The notes below the pieces were generated by a model. That model was given only the letters and a program-made list of their open reading frames with translations, ran no database searches and had not been told where the DNA came from. A stretch of 37,657 bases of DNA from contig NW_008246084.1 of assembly GCF_000281045.1 (NCBI RefSeq), positions 199,538 through 237,194 of the forward strand, written 5' to 3'. The stretch comes from Saprolegnia diclina VS20 (lineage: Eukaryota). Of this stretch, positions 1 through 12,301 are shown one piece after another; the stretch's first letter is position 1; each line of letters opens with the position of its first letter. Made by a program: the position numbers and the translations under genes.

Positions 1-582
1 GCCGGAATTTTCCCGGTGGCACAAGCCATGTGTGCGACACAGCACCGATCTTTACCGTGGCGCGTACCAGAGCTCGGAAGGTGGACGCCGACCGGCGCCA
101 AGCAGCGACGATCGTGTACCTTGGAAAGAGAGAGATGCTCGCACACTTTATAAATCTGGAGTACAGAGAGCTAGTACCAGAGTATCAGTAGTATCGCTTG
201 ACGGCAGCACCCACTGCCGACATAAGGGCCAGATGGTGACCATCATTCAAGGTAGAAATCCAGCGTTTAGTAGTCGATGCTGCTTCAACGTAGTGGTGCC
301 AAAGGGGCAATGATTTCGACTGCAATGACGTGCTTGGTCCGAGCTTCTGCTTGGAGCGGGCAAGTTCTGTCGTGCACGGTCGGCAGCCACCCGACGCGTG
401 GCGGCGCCGCAGTCCAGCAAGAACGACAGCCCAGGACCACAGTAATGTACCTGCGCAAACAGTGCCAACGACTGGATTTACCCAACTTTCAACAATGTAC
501 TCTCAAACCTCAAATTAATCGCGTGTAATCGCTTGCTTGGATTTGAATGGAAACTGTACTAATTATGTTACGTGTACTCTAC

Positions 583-1440
583 CTATAGAAGGCCTAACTC
601 ATGAGCTCTCGCCAGCAACCCGCGCAGCAAGGTCTCTTCGTACTCGAGCGCCACGTCCCGTCGCCCCGGAGGACAAGGTGCGAGGACCAAGTATGGCTCG
701 TGAACCATCGGCTGCCCCGTCTCGATCGCTGTGATGGCGCGGACCAGCGTATCGATCGCTGCAACGCGCTCGTCTGGTGTCCAGAGCAGCGGCGGCGCGT
801 GCAGGAAGTTGCCTGTCCGAGGAATGCGGTGCAGACTAGGAGCTTGCTGAAGAATCGCTTGCTGCATGAGCGCCATTGGCGACTTGCTTTCGGAGCTCTG
901 TGCGTCGGTGTCAGCTTGGGCGGCGGCTGAATCAGCCACAAGTGTTGGCGCCAATGTCATCGAGGTGCTTGGAATGCTGTCTGTTGCGTCGTCGAGGGTC
1001 TTCGTCGTAGGTTCGGTGGCTTGTTGGAGACGTGCAATGGTGGCGTGTTGCTCGTCAATGGTCCGCTGGGCCACAGCGAGCTTCGTCGTGAGCTCTGTGA
1101 TCCGGGCTTGTGCAATCTCGAGTGGCGTTGCAGCCTTCGGAACAGGCGCAGTCGAGCGCACTGGCACTGGCGTTGTGGTAGCAGCGGCGGCTGCCTTCTT
1201 GCGATGGTCGACCACCGGCTTGGTCGCCTTGGCCACCAGCTTGGTTGCGGGCCGGACCACAGGTGTCTTCTTGGGCTGCGGCTTGGGGCTCGACACCAGC
1301 TTGGCCGCTGTGCGTGCTTCCTTGGCCTTGCGGCGCTGCTCGGTGGCGTAGAGAGCGGGGTAGGTCTCGCGGAAGAGCTGTTCTTCGCGCGCGCGGCGCT
1401 TGGCCTCCTTGTCTTGGATGTACTGGCTGTTGTAGAGCAT
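583..1440 (-). CDS. Hypothetical Lys/Ala/Thr-rich protein with central coiled coil
   Basis: Open frame from ATG 1440 (MLYNSQYIQDKEAK...) to stop 583, GC3-rich codons; heptad-like IAQARITELTTKLAVAQRTIDEQHATIARLQQ. No family recognised. Confidence 0.7.
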   Translation of the reverse strand: MLYNSQYIQDKEAKRRAREEQLFRETYPALYATEQRRKAKEARTAAKLVSSPKPQPKKTPVVRPATKLVAKATKPVVDHRKKAAAAATTTPVPVRSTAPVPKAATPLEIAQARITELTTKLAVAQRTIDEQHATIARLQQATEPTTKTLDDATDSIPSTSMTLAPTLVADSAAAQADTDAQSSESKSPMALMQQAILQQAPSLHRIPRTGNFLHAPPLLWTPDERVAAIDTLVRAITAIETGQPMVHEPYLVLAPCPPGRRDVALEYEETLLRGLLARAHELGLL

Positions 1441-2667
1441 GGTGTTTTCGATAATGTCGCGATGCCATTGCGCTTGTCGTAAAAACACTTTGGCAGGTTT
1501 TTCCCACTTCCATCTAGCTTTTACCTCGCAGCCTTTACAAGGCGACGTCCGATATCGCTGATGCTCGAGATCTCGGCATCTACGCTCGAATACGCTCTGC
1601 AAGCAACCACCAAAGCCAGTCAACTATACATCTTGGAGGCAACACGGATTCCATCTTGGCGATAGCCCGTGCGGCTCCGAAACCAAACACGAAACACGCT
1701 AGCTTCAACAATGGCTCATCTAATGTTATCTATTCGCAGAGAACGGTCTCGTGGCGGTGGCTAATGTTTTCCCTTCATCGTTGCGGGAAGGCCTGACGGT
1801 TTGGAAAGACCAATCCAGTGCACACTATTGCCGTTGGATACGCAGGAAAAACGTCACAATCACAACCTCGCCACCGCTTTGAAGCGCCTTTACCAAGCCG
1901 TCAATCACCTCGCATCCGTTGCAGCTCGATATGATTCGCTGTACTGATGCTTTTTGCAATTTCGAAGCTTGTGGTATGAGGACGCCGTGTTGGTGCTTGC
2001 ACAGCGGAGTTCGTGCCTGAGATATCGTACTTGGCTATTCATGCCAAAGCAACACAGCACAGCCATCGGATCCACCCCTCACCGCTTGTCAGCGAGCTCA
2101 GACGTCATGTGCTGGACCTCATAATCAGGATACGCTGTGACAAGAGGCTGCCACGTCATGCAAATGCTGGCCGTTTCATCCAGCACATCCACAACAATGG
2201 CCTCAGAAATTATTTATACCAACTTCGAGGATGTTTTTGCTACATAAACAGCAATGTGTGTTCAATACCTCGCAATTAACGCTTCGAGGCAGAGTAGGCT
2301 GCAAAATATGCGCGATGCGCCGACGACATCAACGTTCGAGCGTCTTGGTCGAAGCAACTCACAGTCGTAAGTCGCCCACGCAACCTCATTTCCCTGCTTC
2401 AGGTATATGCAAGTTTGCTCAAAATATGACACCCCTTTGTGCAATAGTACTAGTGTACTCATGGTCCAAACGCGCAGCGTTCTGACCCGCTCGGCGCTGC
2501 GCTGTTCGGTCTCGGCCTCAGTCTCGGAACATTCTCAAACAGAATTTGAAACAGTGTTTACTTTGAATGGGTCCCCCTACTCTTGTATTTGATTTTTGTA
2601 TGCAGACATTTCTTGGCCCCACCAGGTATCCGCTCAAGTGCGCTTTCCTACTTCACCACCACTGATC

Positions 2668-3357
2668 ATGATGCTGCTGCGTCTCCGCGTTGCGCCGTCG
2701 GCGCTGCGCCTGCCCAAGGCCGCACTCCATGCGCCCACCCGCTTCTTTAGCGCTGCGCCCGAAGAGAAGAAGTTTGAGCTCGTGTACGAAGCGCCGCTCA
2801 TCAAGCCCGTGACGACCATGAAGGCAGTGTCCATCACGTCCTGCGTGCTCACGAGCGTGGGCATGCCCGCCGGCTGCTACTACGGCAACGTCACGGCGTC
2901 GCTCGTTGGCCAGGTACGTTCGTCTTAGCCATATACAGCAGGATCTGATGTCGTCACTGCGCGTCTAGTGGGCCATGTGCGGCACCGTCATGGTACGTCC
3001 TTGCCCCGTCCTTGAACCCACAACGATCTGCTACGCTAGTTCTTTGGCATTGGTACGACGTCGCTCTTCCACTTTCTCTTCAAGCCGTACGTACTGCGCA
3101 TGTGGGTCGACCGCAGCTCCGAGACGGTCGCGGTCGAGACGCTCAACCTCCTCGCGCGCAAGAAGCGGACCGAGTTCCTCCTAAGCGACGTCGCGTCCCC
3201 CGACGTGTCGAACCACCCGATGATCAACTTCAAGGCCAAGGACCAGCATTACTTTATCCACCCTGAAGTATTTGCCGACCGCGCGCTCGCCGAACGCCTG
3301 TTGGGCAAGAAGATCGAAGACGCACCGGTGGACCCGCCCCAAGCGGCCTCAACCTAG
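2668..3357 (+). CDS. TMEM70/TMEM186/TMEM223-like mitochondrial membrane protein, 3 exons (2668-2913, 2969-2992, 3040-3357)
   Basis: Arg/Leu-rich presequence (MMLLRLRVAPSALRL...RFFS), VYEAPL..K.VSITS motif, two hydrophobic segments, HFLFKPYVLRMW..VETLNLL; GT-AG introns 2914-2968 and 2993-3039 keep the frame. Confidence 0.75.
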
Positions 3358-3480
3358 ACATCCTATTGCGGCGTTGTGGTGAATACAGAAGCGGCTAGGC
3401 CTTTACACGCTCATGCAGAATCCTGTGTTGGCTTTACATTGTGCGCTGGGCCATTCTACAGGTTCTGGCTTGCCCGACGC

Positions 3481-6231
3481 ATGCGCCGACTCGCGACGTG
3501 GCTCCTGGCGCCGACGACGATGGCCGCGCCGCTGTTTCGGCTTGACGACGCGGAGCTCGCGGCGCTCGTCCAGCTCTACGACAAGTGCGCGACGCAGCCC
3601 TCGTCGGCGGTCATTCAGACGTGGTGCACGGGCGATGGCCGCTGCGGTGCCAACGTCACGACGCATCCGTGCACCGGGCGGCTGCTCGAGGCCAGCAACT
3701 TAACGACGCTGGCCGCGCTTCCGCACCGCTTCCCGTGGTTTGGCATCACGTGCGACCCATTCACGGACCCTGTCTCGGTGGTCGGCGTCGCGCTGCCGTA
3801 CCAAGCGCTGGTGTGCAACACGCTAGATCTGGACTTTTCAGCGTTCGCGCGTCTAAAGCTCGTGAACTTGGAAGGCAACACGATCTCGGGGACAGTCCCG
3901 ACATGGGTTCCCTTGCTGCCGGACCTGGAAGTCCTCAACCTCAACTTTAACAACCTCTCGGGGGATGTGCCAGCCGCGATTGCCGACGCGCCCAAGCTCC
4001 AGGAGCTCAGCCTCGCCGGCAACGCTCTACGTGGCCCACTCCCGCGTGGGCTTGAGATCCCGCCGTTGGAGCTGCTCGACGTCGGCAACAACAAGCTACA
4101 TGGACCGCTGCCACCAGCATTGCTACACAGCACGACGCTCCGGTACTTGGATCTGAGCGGCAACGCCTTGGACGGACCGATCCCGACAGCGCGCCTGCCC
4201 CGCTTGGAGCATTTTGATGTTGCCTTCAACCAACTCAGCGGACCGCTGCCACCCGATCTCAGCGACTGGGGCCGCCACGACAGCAACTCGATCTCGGCGC
4301 TGACGTACTTTGACGTGAGCAACAACCGTCTCACAACGCGCTTGCCCTCCGATTTGGGCGACTTGGACCTTCTCGAGCACTTTTCGATCGCCAACAACTC
4401 GCACGTTTACGGTCGACTCCCGCGCCTGCCACCGCTGCTCACCGCGGACGCTGTCATGCTCGGCGCCAACCTTAGTTGCCCGCTGCCCGACCTACCGGGC
4501 CACGACTGGGGTGACATGGCATGCGTCTGCGGTGACGGCAGTGCCGTCATGGCCGATGGCACTTGCGCGCTCTGTCCATCGGGCACGTACTCGAATGGGC
4601 TCGTCCACCAAGCGTGTACTGTCTGTGACGTCGGATCGTTTTCGCCGCCCGGTGCTGACGCTTGCTCGCCCTGTACCTCTGGGACGTTTGCCAATGCAAC
4701 GGGTGCCGCAGCGTGTACACCGTGCGCACTCGGTTCAGTGTCTGTCACTGGCGCACCGGCGTGTCGCCCGTGCGCACCTGGCACGACATCGACGCTGACG
4801 GCCGACGCCTGTGTCCCGTGTCCGCCAGGGACCTTTTCCTCGGACGGCGGCACGTGTGTGCCGTGCCCCGCCGGCGCTGCCGCTCCATCGCCCGGGACGA
4901 CGCAGTGCACTCTGTGTCCGTCGTCGACGTTTGCGCCTGTCGGTTCCGTGTCGTGCTTACCATGCGCCACCGGTTTTGTCGCCGACGGCGTTGGCAATGC
5001 AGAGTGCCTTGCTCAGCCTCCCAGCGGCTGGGGCTGGGTCAACCGCAGCACGACCGCACCGTGCACCGCTGGCACCTTCAACAACGGCTCGTTCGCGACA
5101 TGTCAAGCCTGCGCATCGGGCACCGCTATAGCCGTCGATCAAGCAAGAACCTGCGAGCTCTGCGGTCTTGGTACATACGCACCTCGTCGCGGCAGCACCA
5201 CTTGCCTTCTCGCCCCCGTGGGCACTAGCATGGCGTCCACTGGCGCCCGACGCCCGGATCTTTGTGTCCCAGGTACCTTTGCCGACCGCAGCGGCCAAGC
5301 TTCCTGCGCGATCTGCCCCACCAACACGACATCGACATTACCGGGTGCGGTGCAGTGCACCATACCATCGGTGGGCCACGTCCTTCAGAACACGTCGTGG
5401 CCGCAGCTGCTGCTTACGCTGCCCGTGAACGCGTCCTTTCTCGATGCAAACGCACAGAAGCTTGCGTCGTTCGTCGCCATTGCGTGGACGTTCTTGGAGC
5501 TCCAGTGCACGCCAATCATCCTGTCGGTGCTCGAAAACGAATTCGCACCCCGGGGCACACAGTACGCTGGCAACCACAGCGTCAGCGTGCGCGTCGTGCT
5601 CACATCGTGCGTGCCGCTCTTGACACTGGACGATGTGCTCGACACGATTGCGCTGCCTGTCGCGTCGGGGCAAGTGGCGTGGATCCTACGACTGCTGTGG
5701 CAACCGCACGGCTGGCCCAACGTCCTCCCGTCCATCGACCTCTTGCGCTTTTTTGACTCGATGCAGCCCGCGCCGTGCCTGGCTGGCACGTTCTGGGCCC
5801 GTGGCGACTGCCATCGGTGCCCCGCCGGGTCGTTCTCGGCGACACAAGGTGCGCTGAGTTGCACCCCGTGCAGTATCAACACGGTGACGTCGTCGCCGGG
5901 GTCCACGGCCTGCGCTGCTTGCTCCAAGCACACGTACGCGGCAGCGCCAGGGTCCGTATTGTGCGACGACTGCCCGCTCTTTGCACTGACGTTGGACCCG
6001 CAGTGCCGGGCGTCGCTCGACGCACTTATCTTTTACCCGTGCGTAGGTCTCTGGCTGCTCTACGCAGCGTACGGCAGCTGCCGTCGGCACGTCCTTGGCT
6101 TGTCGCCGGCGTCCGAGATGCTCCTGGAGGCCTACCGCACCAAGAACAAGCAGACGGTCAACACGGTTCAGTACCCACTTCCGCGCATCATCTCGCGTCA
6201 GAGTTTGCAGAACCACAATGCGAAGCAATGA
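3481..6231 (+). CDS. LRR + Cys-rich (GCC2/GCC3, ephrin-receptor-like) repeat single-pass receptor-like protein
   Basis: Repeated LxxLxLxxNxLxGxxP units, then many C-x2-C-P-x-G-T-F/Y repeats, a C-terminal hydrophobic segment (ALIFYPCVGLWLLYAAYG) and a short tail; intronless ORF. Start codon uncertain (3481 or 3520). Confidence 0.85.
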   Translation: MRRLATWLLAPTTMAAPLFRLDDAELAALVQLYDKCATQPSSAVIQTWCTGDGRCGANVTTHPCTGRLLEASNLTTLAALPHRFPWFGITCDPFTDPVSVVGVALPYQALVCNTLDLDFSAFARLKLVNLEGNTISGTVPTWVPLLPDLEVLNLNFNNLSGDVPAAIADAPKLQELSLAGNALRGPLPRGLEIPPLELLDVGNNKLHGPLPPALLHSTTLRYLDLSGNALDGPIPTARLPRLEHFDVAFNQLSGPLPPDLSDWGRHDSNSISALTYFDVSNNRLTTRLPSDLGDLDLLEHFSIANNSHVYGRLPRLPPLLTADAVMLGANLSCPLPDLPGHDWGDMACVCGDGSAVMADGTCALCPSGTYSNGLVHQACTVCDVGSFSPPGADACSPCTSGTFANATGAAACTPCALGSVSVTGAPACRPCAPGTTSTLTADACVPCPPGTFSSDGGTCVPCPAGAAAPSPGTTQCTLCPSSTFAPVGSVSCLPCATGFVADGVGNAECLAQPPSGWGWVNRSTTAPCTAGTFNNGSFATCQACASGTAIAVDQARTCELCGLGTYAPRRGSTTCLLAPVGTSMASTGARRPDLCVPGTFADRSGQASCAICPTNTTSTLPGAVQCTIPSVGHVLQNTSWPQLLLTLPVNASFLDANAQKLASFVAIAWTFLELQCTPIILSVLENEFAPRGTQYAGNHSVSVRVVLTSCVPLLTLDDVLDTIALPVASGQVAWILRLLWQPHGWPNVLPSIDLLRFFDSMQPAPCLAGTFWARGDCHRCPAGSFSATQGALSCTPCSINTVTSSPGSTACAACSKHTYAAAPGSVLCDDCPLFALTLDPQCRASLDALIFYPCVGLWLLYAAYGSCRRHVLGLSPASEMLLEAYRTKNKQTVNTVQYPLPRIISRQSLQNHNAKQ

Positions 6232-6247
6232 GTAATCCACTAAACAC

Positions 6248-7814
6248 TTATGGCTTTTGAACAGTCTCGACGTAATCGTAGTCGTCGAGCACATCGGTGC
6301 TCCGGACGCGCTTGTCGGACGCCGGAGCTTGGAACGACTAGGGTCATATCTCTGTCGTCAAAGTTATCTTCATGTCTCATAAAAGTACCTCGTCTTGGGA
6401 TTCGGCCACGGACGCGTCCATGTCGTCCTCAACGTCACTACCCCATTTTGCATGACAAACAACACTCGAGAGACATGTGCTTCTACCTGGCAATGTCTTC
6501 TTCGGCGTCAAAGTCTTCTTCAAAGTCACTGCCGTACTGGTCGTCGTCGCTCTTGACGTCGAGCTCGTGCTGGAGCGTGGCTTTGAGCTGCTTTAGCGTC
6601 CCTGTCTCGTCTTCAGCTTCCATCGCCTTGAGCGTCGCGTCCAGTGACGACAGACGCGCTTCCTACAGAGCACCATATCACGATTTTTGCCGGCGTCGAT
6701 GCAACAACTTCGTCCGCAGCGTTCCCTTCGTCGTCATCGTCATCTCTCGCTGTGGCACTTGTCACGGTCGGCCTCGCTACTGACGGTTTCTCGTCATCAT
6801 CGTCGTCCTTGTCGTCGTCCTTGTCTTCGTCGGCGTCATAGCGGCCTCGGCTTTGGCTTGACGCGACAGGCGGCAGGGACGACATGCGGGATTGCGGCGT
6901 GGCTTGTGAGATGAACGTATACTCGTCGTCGGACGTCTCGAGCGTCGCTGGGGACGGTTTAGGTTGCTCGGTTGCCTGCACACGAAACTTCGCGCTACAT
7001 GTAGTTGGCAGCCATTCGCACCTTGGGCGGGTCGCGGGACGCGCTGCTGTCTTCAAACGATTCGCTCACATCGCCGATAGAGACTTCAACCTCACTCTCG
7101 ACTTCATCGTCGTCGTCTTCGTTCTTGAGCACTGTGGTCGCAGCCTTGGCGTCGTCGAGGGATCGACCGAGCGGCTCGGCCGAGCGCACTGGCAGCGACT
7201 GCTTTTGCATCGCAGAAAAAAAGGACGGTGCTGGCTCGTCGTCGTCGCGCTCGCTCATTGTGGCGCTCGTCGTCTTTGGTGGGTCCTGGTAGAGCTGGGC
7301 GAATTGCCGGCAATATGAGTTGTCGACGGTACCTTGACACTGGATGGCGCCCGTGGGGCGAGCGCTGTCAGAAGCAGAGCAATCTTCTCCGAGGCGTCGG
7401 GCACACCAATCTCTTTGGCGAGCGTCCGCCTGTCCATCAAGAGCGGGCTCTATGCAATTGAGCGCCAAGTTCACCAAGTAGGAAGAGCACGGGTGACTAC
7501 CTCGACTTCGGCCGACAAGACCGAGAGCGTCTCGTGGAGGTCCATTTGCCGAAGAAACTCGGCGATCACACACAGCGCGAGATGCGTCTCGGTTGATTTG
7601 AGCAGGTGCGCCTTGCTTATGGACGGCGACGGCGACGTGTCGTGCAGCGCCTTGATGACAGCAGCTCGGAGTTGCGCCTGTCAAGTTAGTCGAACACCAT
7701 CAACTCGAATCGACTAGAAACCTTGATGTGGCTTAGGACACCTTGCGCTTCCAGCGTCTTGGTGACCATGAGCTTCATCTCCAGCTCGGCGGCCGACAGC
7801 GTCGTCGTCGTCAT
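6248..7814 (-). CDS. CEP43: FOP/CEP43-like centrosomal protein (N-terminal LisH/FOP dimerisation domain, acidic low-complexity tail), multi-exon
   Basis: Spliced N-terminus MVTKTLEAQGVLSHIK|AQLRAAVIKAL...CVIAEFLRQMDLHETLSVL resembles FOP (LVQTLENSGVLNRIKAELRAAVFLAL); acidic exons follow and end ...DDYDYVETVQKP* at 6248; about 7 short GT-AG introns. Confidence 0.75.
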
Positions 7815-8101
7815 GGGTGTTATCAATGAAACGGCTTTTGATTGGCATCATTTTGGCCAATCCAGACACGTCACTTGAATACTTGAATAGTGTTTGCTTT
7901 AGTACGGCAAAGCCCCATGCACCCAACAGTCAACACCCAATCTTAATCGTTAGTGCGCTTGTATGTCCACACTAAATGCTAAAATTACGTAAATACTGTG
8001 TCGATATGGCAAGTTTTACAACACTATATTATTCCACGTAAATAGTGTGCGCCCAATGACACGCGAGGCAAGATCGCAGCGAGAGAGCGAAAGGCCAAGC
8101 C

Positions 8102-8852
8102 ATGTCGACAGACGCGGACGAAGAGCGCTACGAGGGCGAGGACGCCAAGATGGGCCTCAACATGGCGGTGCCCACCGGCCGGAACAACGTGGTCGTCAAG
8201 GTCGGCATGGTCGGCGACGCGCAGGTCGGCAAAACGTCGCTCATGGTCAAGTACGTCGAGGGCAAGTTTGACGAAGACTACATCCACACGCTCGGCGTCA
8301 ACTTCATGGAGAAGACTATCACGCTCCGCAACACGGAAATCACGTTTAGCATCTGGGACCTCGGCGGCCACCGCGAGTTCATTAGCATGCTGCCCCTTGT
8401 CTGCAACGACGCGGTCGCCGTCCTCTTCATGTTTGACCTCTCGCGCAAGGCGACGCTCACGAGCGTGAAAGAGTGGTACCGCCAAGTGCGCGCCATCAAC
8501 AAGGTTCATTTTCCATCGCCGCTTCCTCCTCCTCCTCCTCATGATGATGGTGATGATAGAATGCATTCCCGTTCCTCGTTGGCACCAAGTACGACCACAT
8601 GACGAGCTTCTCACCCGAAGAGCAAGACGACATCACCAAACAAGTCCGAAACCCGCTATAAGATCGGATTCGGAACGAGATGACTAGGCGCGCAAGTTTG
8701 CAAAGGCCATGAAGGCGCCGCTGATCTTCACCTCGGCGTCGCACTCGGTGAACGTGCAGAAGGTGTTCAAGATCGTGCTCAGCAAGGTCTTTGACCTCAA
8801 ATGCACCATCCCGCTCATTCAGAACGTCGGCGACCCCATCTTGGAGTACTAG
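8102..8852 (+). CDS. SPG1: Spg1/Tem1 family septum-promoting small GTPase, 3 exons
   Basis: GDAQVGKTSLMVKYVEGKFDEDYIHTLGVNFMEK, WDLGG, LPLVCNDA, |NAFPFLVGTKYD, |ARKFAKAMKAPLIFTSASHSVNVQKVFKIVLSKVFDLKCTIP...GDPILEY*; introns begin at 8504 and 8644. Confidence 0.93.
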
Positions 8853-8962
8853 CCATTTAACATCCGAATCTACTAATGCTAGCGACAGCGAGGTTGTGTT
8901 TGGCGAAAGCGTCGAAGGTTGAAAGATTGAAAGATTGAAAATGAAAAATATACACGACCGAC

Positions 8963-11900
8963 TTAACCGCGGCGCTGGCTGAGACGCCACGAGTCTTTCG
9001 GGTTGAAGCGGTCGTGGAGCGGCTCGATCTTCTGCGCCTTCTTCTGCTTGGTCATCTTGGTCGGGTCGCCCTTCTTGAAGAAGGCGGGTGCAAGCTCGAC
9101 GAGCCACTTGGGGTCGATCGCCATGACGTTGCGCATGTACTCCTTGGTCGTGAGCACGAGTTCTTGGTAGATGACCCACTCGGGGTTCTTGTTGAAGAGC
9201 GACGACGACGGGTGGATGTACACGGGCTGGCCTTCCACCATGGTGCGGTACCCTTCCTGCGGATCCTTCTTCGCCGAGTTGGCAAAGTACCCGGACACGA
9301 TCGCGCGCCGAATCTTGTTGTAGTTTTTGCCCGCCGAGACCACATCCATCTTGAAGCGGTCCATGGTCGAGAGCAGCTGCTTCCGGACGTCCAGCGCGCG
9401 GCGGATCGCGCGGGCTTGGATAAAGTTCTCAAAGCACCACGGGTTGGAAAACTTGGAGTGCTTCCATGCTTCGTACACGGCGAGGAGCGTGAGCTGGTCG
9501 CCTTCGGGCTGGTTGAACTTGGCCTTCTTCGAGTCGGCTTGCGCTTGCTTCTCTTTTGGACGGAAAAACACATTCTCGACCGCGAGCATCGAGATGATCG
9601 TGAGCACTTCGTCCGAGCAGCCGAGCACGACGCTCGTCAAGAGCACTTTGGCGTCCTTGGGCTCGACGGGAAACTCCGACATCTTCTTCCCGAGACGCGT
9701 CAAGAGGCCTTCGTCGTCGAGCGCGCCGAGCGCATACAGGTTCTCCATGGCCGCAATGAGCGCCGGCACGGGCGGCGGGTCGAGGAACGCAAAGCCCATG
9801 AGGTCGTTGATGCCCATGGCCTTGAGCTGCAGCACAATCGTGCCGAGGTTCGTGCGCTGAATCTCGGGAATCGCGGTCGGAAGCATCTCGTTCTTGTACG
9901 CGGCTTCCGTGTAGAGGCGATAGCACTTGCCGGGGCCCGTGCGGCCGGCGCGACCAGCCCGCTGACGCGCCGACGCCTGCGAGCACGGCACGACGATGAG
10001 CGAGTCCATGCCAATCTTGGCGTTGAACGCCTTTTCCTTTTGGAAACCAGGGTCGACGACGTAGTAGACACCGTCGATCGTCAGCGACGCCTCGGCAATG
10101 TTGGTCGCCACCACACACTTGCGCGAGCCCTTTGGCGCGGGCTCAAAAATGCGCGTCTGCATCTCGGACGGCAGCGCGCCGTAGACCGGGAGGATGATGA
10201 GCTCGGGCGCAAGGGCGCCGAGCGACTTGATGCGCTGGTAGAGCACCTCGCACGCCGTGTCAATCTCTTCTTGACCGGTGAGAAAGACGAGGATGTCGCC
10301 CTCGGGTTCGCTGAGGTGGATCTGCATGACCGTGATGAGCGCCGCGTCCAAATAGTCGGCTTCCGGCTCCTTTGTGTACAAAATCTCAACCGGGAACGTC
10401 CGGCCGGGAATCGTAAAGATCGGGCAGTCGTAAAAGTAGTGCGAGAACTTCTCCGCATCCAAGGTCGCACTCGTCACGATGATCTTGAGCTCCGGACGCT
10501 TTTTGACGAGCGCCTTGAGCAAGCCAAAGAGCACGTCCGTGTTGATCGTACGCTCGTGGGCTTCGTCGAGAATGAGCGCCGAGTAGCGCGAGAGCGTCGC
10601 GTCGGCAAGGTACTCGCGCATGAGCATACCTTCCGTCATGTACTTGATGACAGTCTCGGGTGACGTGACGTCTTCGAAGCGCACGGCGTACCCGACTTCT
10701 TGGCCGAGCGCGCACCCAAACTCTTCGGCGACGCGCTTGGCGACGCTCGACGCAGCGACACGGCGCGGCTGCGTGCAGCCGATCATCCCGCGCGACGTCA
10801 ACCCCATCTCGGCCATGTACTGCGTCATCTGCGTCGTCTTGCCACTGCCGGTTTCGCCAATGACAACCAGAATCTGGTTGTCACGGATGGCTTGCATGAG
10901 CTGGCCTTTGAGCTTGAACACTGGGAGACTCTCGCGCTGCTCGATCATGCTCTTGGCCGAGACGTGGCCGTAGCTGAGGTTCTTGCCTTGCGCCTTGCTC
11001 TTCCACTCGGGCAACTCGAACGACGAGCCCATGTTGATACCGCGGAGCTCGGTCGCAAAGTGGCGCTCGCCGGCTTCGGGCATCGGGTCCTCCCAAGGGC
11101 GGTTGAGGTCCTTTGGGATCGAGTCGAGCAGCTCGTTTTGCTGCGTCTGGCGGAGCTCCCGCCGCTCCTTGGCGAGCGACGACTGCTGCATGGCCGCGCG
11201 CGAGAGCGACCCGTCCGGGTTCTTGACGATGCGGACTGGCGACATTTCGAGCGCCGCCTTCGTCTGCCCGCGCAAGAACGTCGGCTCGTCTTCGTTGAGC
11301 TCGACCTCAAACTCCTCTTCCGTCTCTTCCATGTTGAGCAAGCCGTGGTCGTCGTCAAACGTCGGGTACTCGGAGACCGAGAGCACGCCGGCGTTGATGA
11401 GCTGCCGCGCCTCAAAGCGCTCGGGCGACGACATGCGCTGGACGGCGCGCGCGCGGCTCGTGTTTTCGTACTCGTCGCGGTCGATTTCTTGCATGCCGGG
11501 CGCGGTCGGGTTGACCCACGACTTGGAGTCGGTCCGGTTGTCGACGCCCGAGTTGGCCCGCATGGGCATGAGGTCGCGGCCTGTCTTTTGGTCGACATCG
11601 CGCATCGAGAGCATGAGCTTGCCCGTGACCGAGATGGCCTTGACCTTGACGCGGTCGCCGCGCCGGACGGCTTCCTTGGGGTGCGTAATGCGTGCGTCGC
11701 TAATGTTGCGCACGTGCACAAGACCTTCCTTCGTCCCGCGCACGCCTTCGAGCTCGACAAAGATGCCAAAGTCCATGAGCTTGGAGACGCGACCGTTGTA
11801 GATCTCGTGGAGCTCGACCGGGCGCTCGCGCTCGCGCGACCGACGGCGGTCCCGACGGCGATCGTCGCGGCTGCGACTGCGGCTACGCTTGCGGTACCGA

Positions 11901-12301
11901 TCGCGCGACCGGGACCGGCTCTTGTCGCGGCGAGACGAGGCGGGCGGCGCGCGGTCGGCGTCGCCAAGGCCAGCAATGTCTTGTACGTCGAGCGTCTCGT
12001 CGTTGATGGGCTTCGAGTTGGGCCGCGCGAGGCCTGGAAACGGCGCGTCGCTCGTCGGCAAGATTGGCTTCTTTGCCGGCTTCTTGGTCATCGTGTGGAC
12101 GAGCTGGTAGAGGTGCAAGGCAAAGGTCATCGGGAACTCGGCGCCGTTGGCCGAGAGATCGGCGTAGAAGGTCTTGCCATCCTTGGAGCCGCGAGCGAGG
12201 TCGATGATGAACTCTGCCAGCGTACGCTCACTCATGCCCAGGTGACTCTCGAGCTCCGAACATACCTTGGAGATCAAGCTCAGCTCCTGCAGCTTCTCCA
12301 T
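8963..12301 (-). CDS. DHX8: Pre-mRNA splicing DEAH-box helicase PRP22/DHX8
   Basis: [23 protein letters not shown]-terminus, RS-rich tract, S1 domain, [26 protein letters not shown]-terminal WRLSQRRG; intronless. Confidence 0.97.
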   Translation of the reverse strand: MEKLQELSLISKVCSELESHLGMSERTLAEFIIDLARGSKDGKTFYADLSANGAEFPMTFALHLYQLVHTMTKKPAKKPILPTSDAPFPGLARPNSKPINDETLDVQDIAGLGDADRAPPASSRRDKSRSRSRDRYRKRSRSRSRDDRRRDRRRSRERERPVELHEIYNGRVSKLMDFGIFVELEGVRGTKEGLVHVRNISDARITHPKEAVRRGDRVKVKAISVTGKLMLSMRDVDQKTGRDLMPMRANSGVDNRTDSKSWVNPTAPGMQEIDRDEYENTSRARAVQRMSSPERFEARQLINAGVLSVSEYPTFDDDHGLLNMEETEEEFEVELNEDEPTFLRGQTKAALEMSPVRIVKNPDGSLSRAAMQQSSLAKERRELRQTQQNELLDSIPKDLNRPWEDPMPEAGERHFATELRGINMGSSFELPEWKSKAQGKNLSYGHVSAKSMIEQRESLPVFKLKGQLMQAIRDNQILVVIGETGSGKTTQMTQYMAEMGLTSRGMIGCTQPRRVAASSVAKRVAEEFGCALGQEVGYAVRFEDVTSPETVIKYMTEGMLMREYLADATLSRYSALILDEAHERTINTDVLFGLLKALVKKRPELKIIVTSATLDAEKFSHYFYDCPIFTIPGRTFPVEILYTKEPEADYLDAALITVMQIHLSEPEGDILVFLTGQEEIDTACEVLYQRIKSLGALAPELIILPVYGALPSEMQTRIFEPAPKGSRKCVVATNIAEASLTIDGVYYVVDPGFQKEKAFNAKIGMDSLIVVPCSQASARQRAGRAGRTGPGKCYRLYTEAAYKNEMLPTAIPEIQRTNLGTIVLQLKAMGINDLMGFAFLDPPPVPALIAAMENLYALGALDDEGLLTRLGKKMSEFPVEPKDAKVLLTSVVLGCSDEVLTIISMLAVENVFFRPKEKQAQADSKKAKFNQPEGDQLTLLAVYEAWKHSKFSNPWCFENFIQARAIRRALDVRKQLLSTMDRFKMDVVSAGKNYNKIRRAIVSGYFANSAKKDPQEGYRTMVEGQPVYIHPSSSLFNKNPEWVIYQELVLTTKEYMRNVMAIDPKWLVELAPAFFKKGDPTKMTKQKKAQKIEPLHDRFNPKDSWRLSQRRG

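Noticed and set aside
1..530. Short ORFs and TATA-like TTATAAA at the window start
   Set aside because: No recognisable product or element boundary.
8504..8558. Poly-Pro/Asp tail in the Spg1 ORF translation
   Set aside because: It is a (CCT)n(GAT)n-containing intron; the spliced product is canonical.
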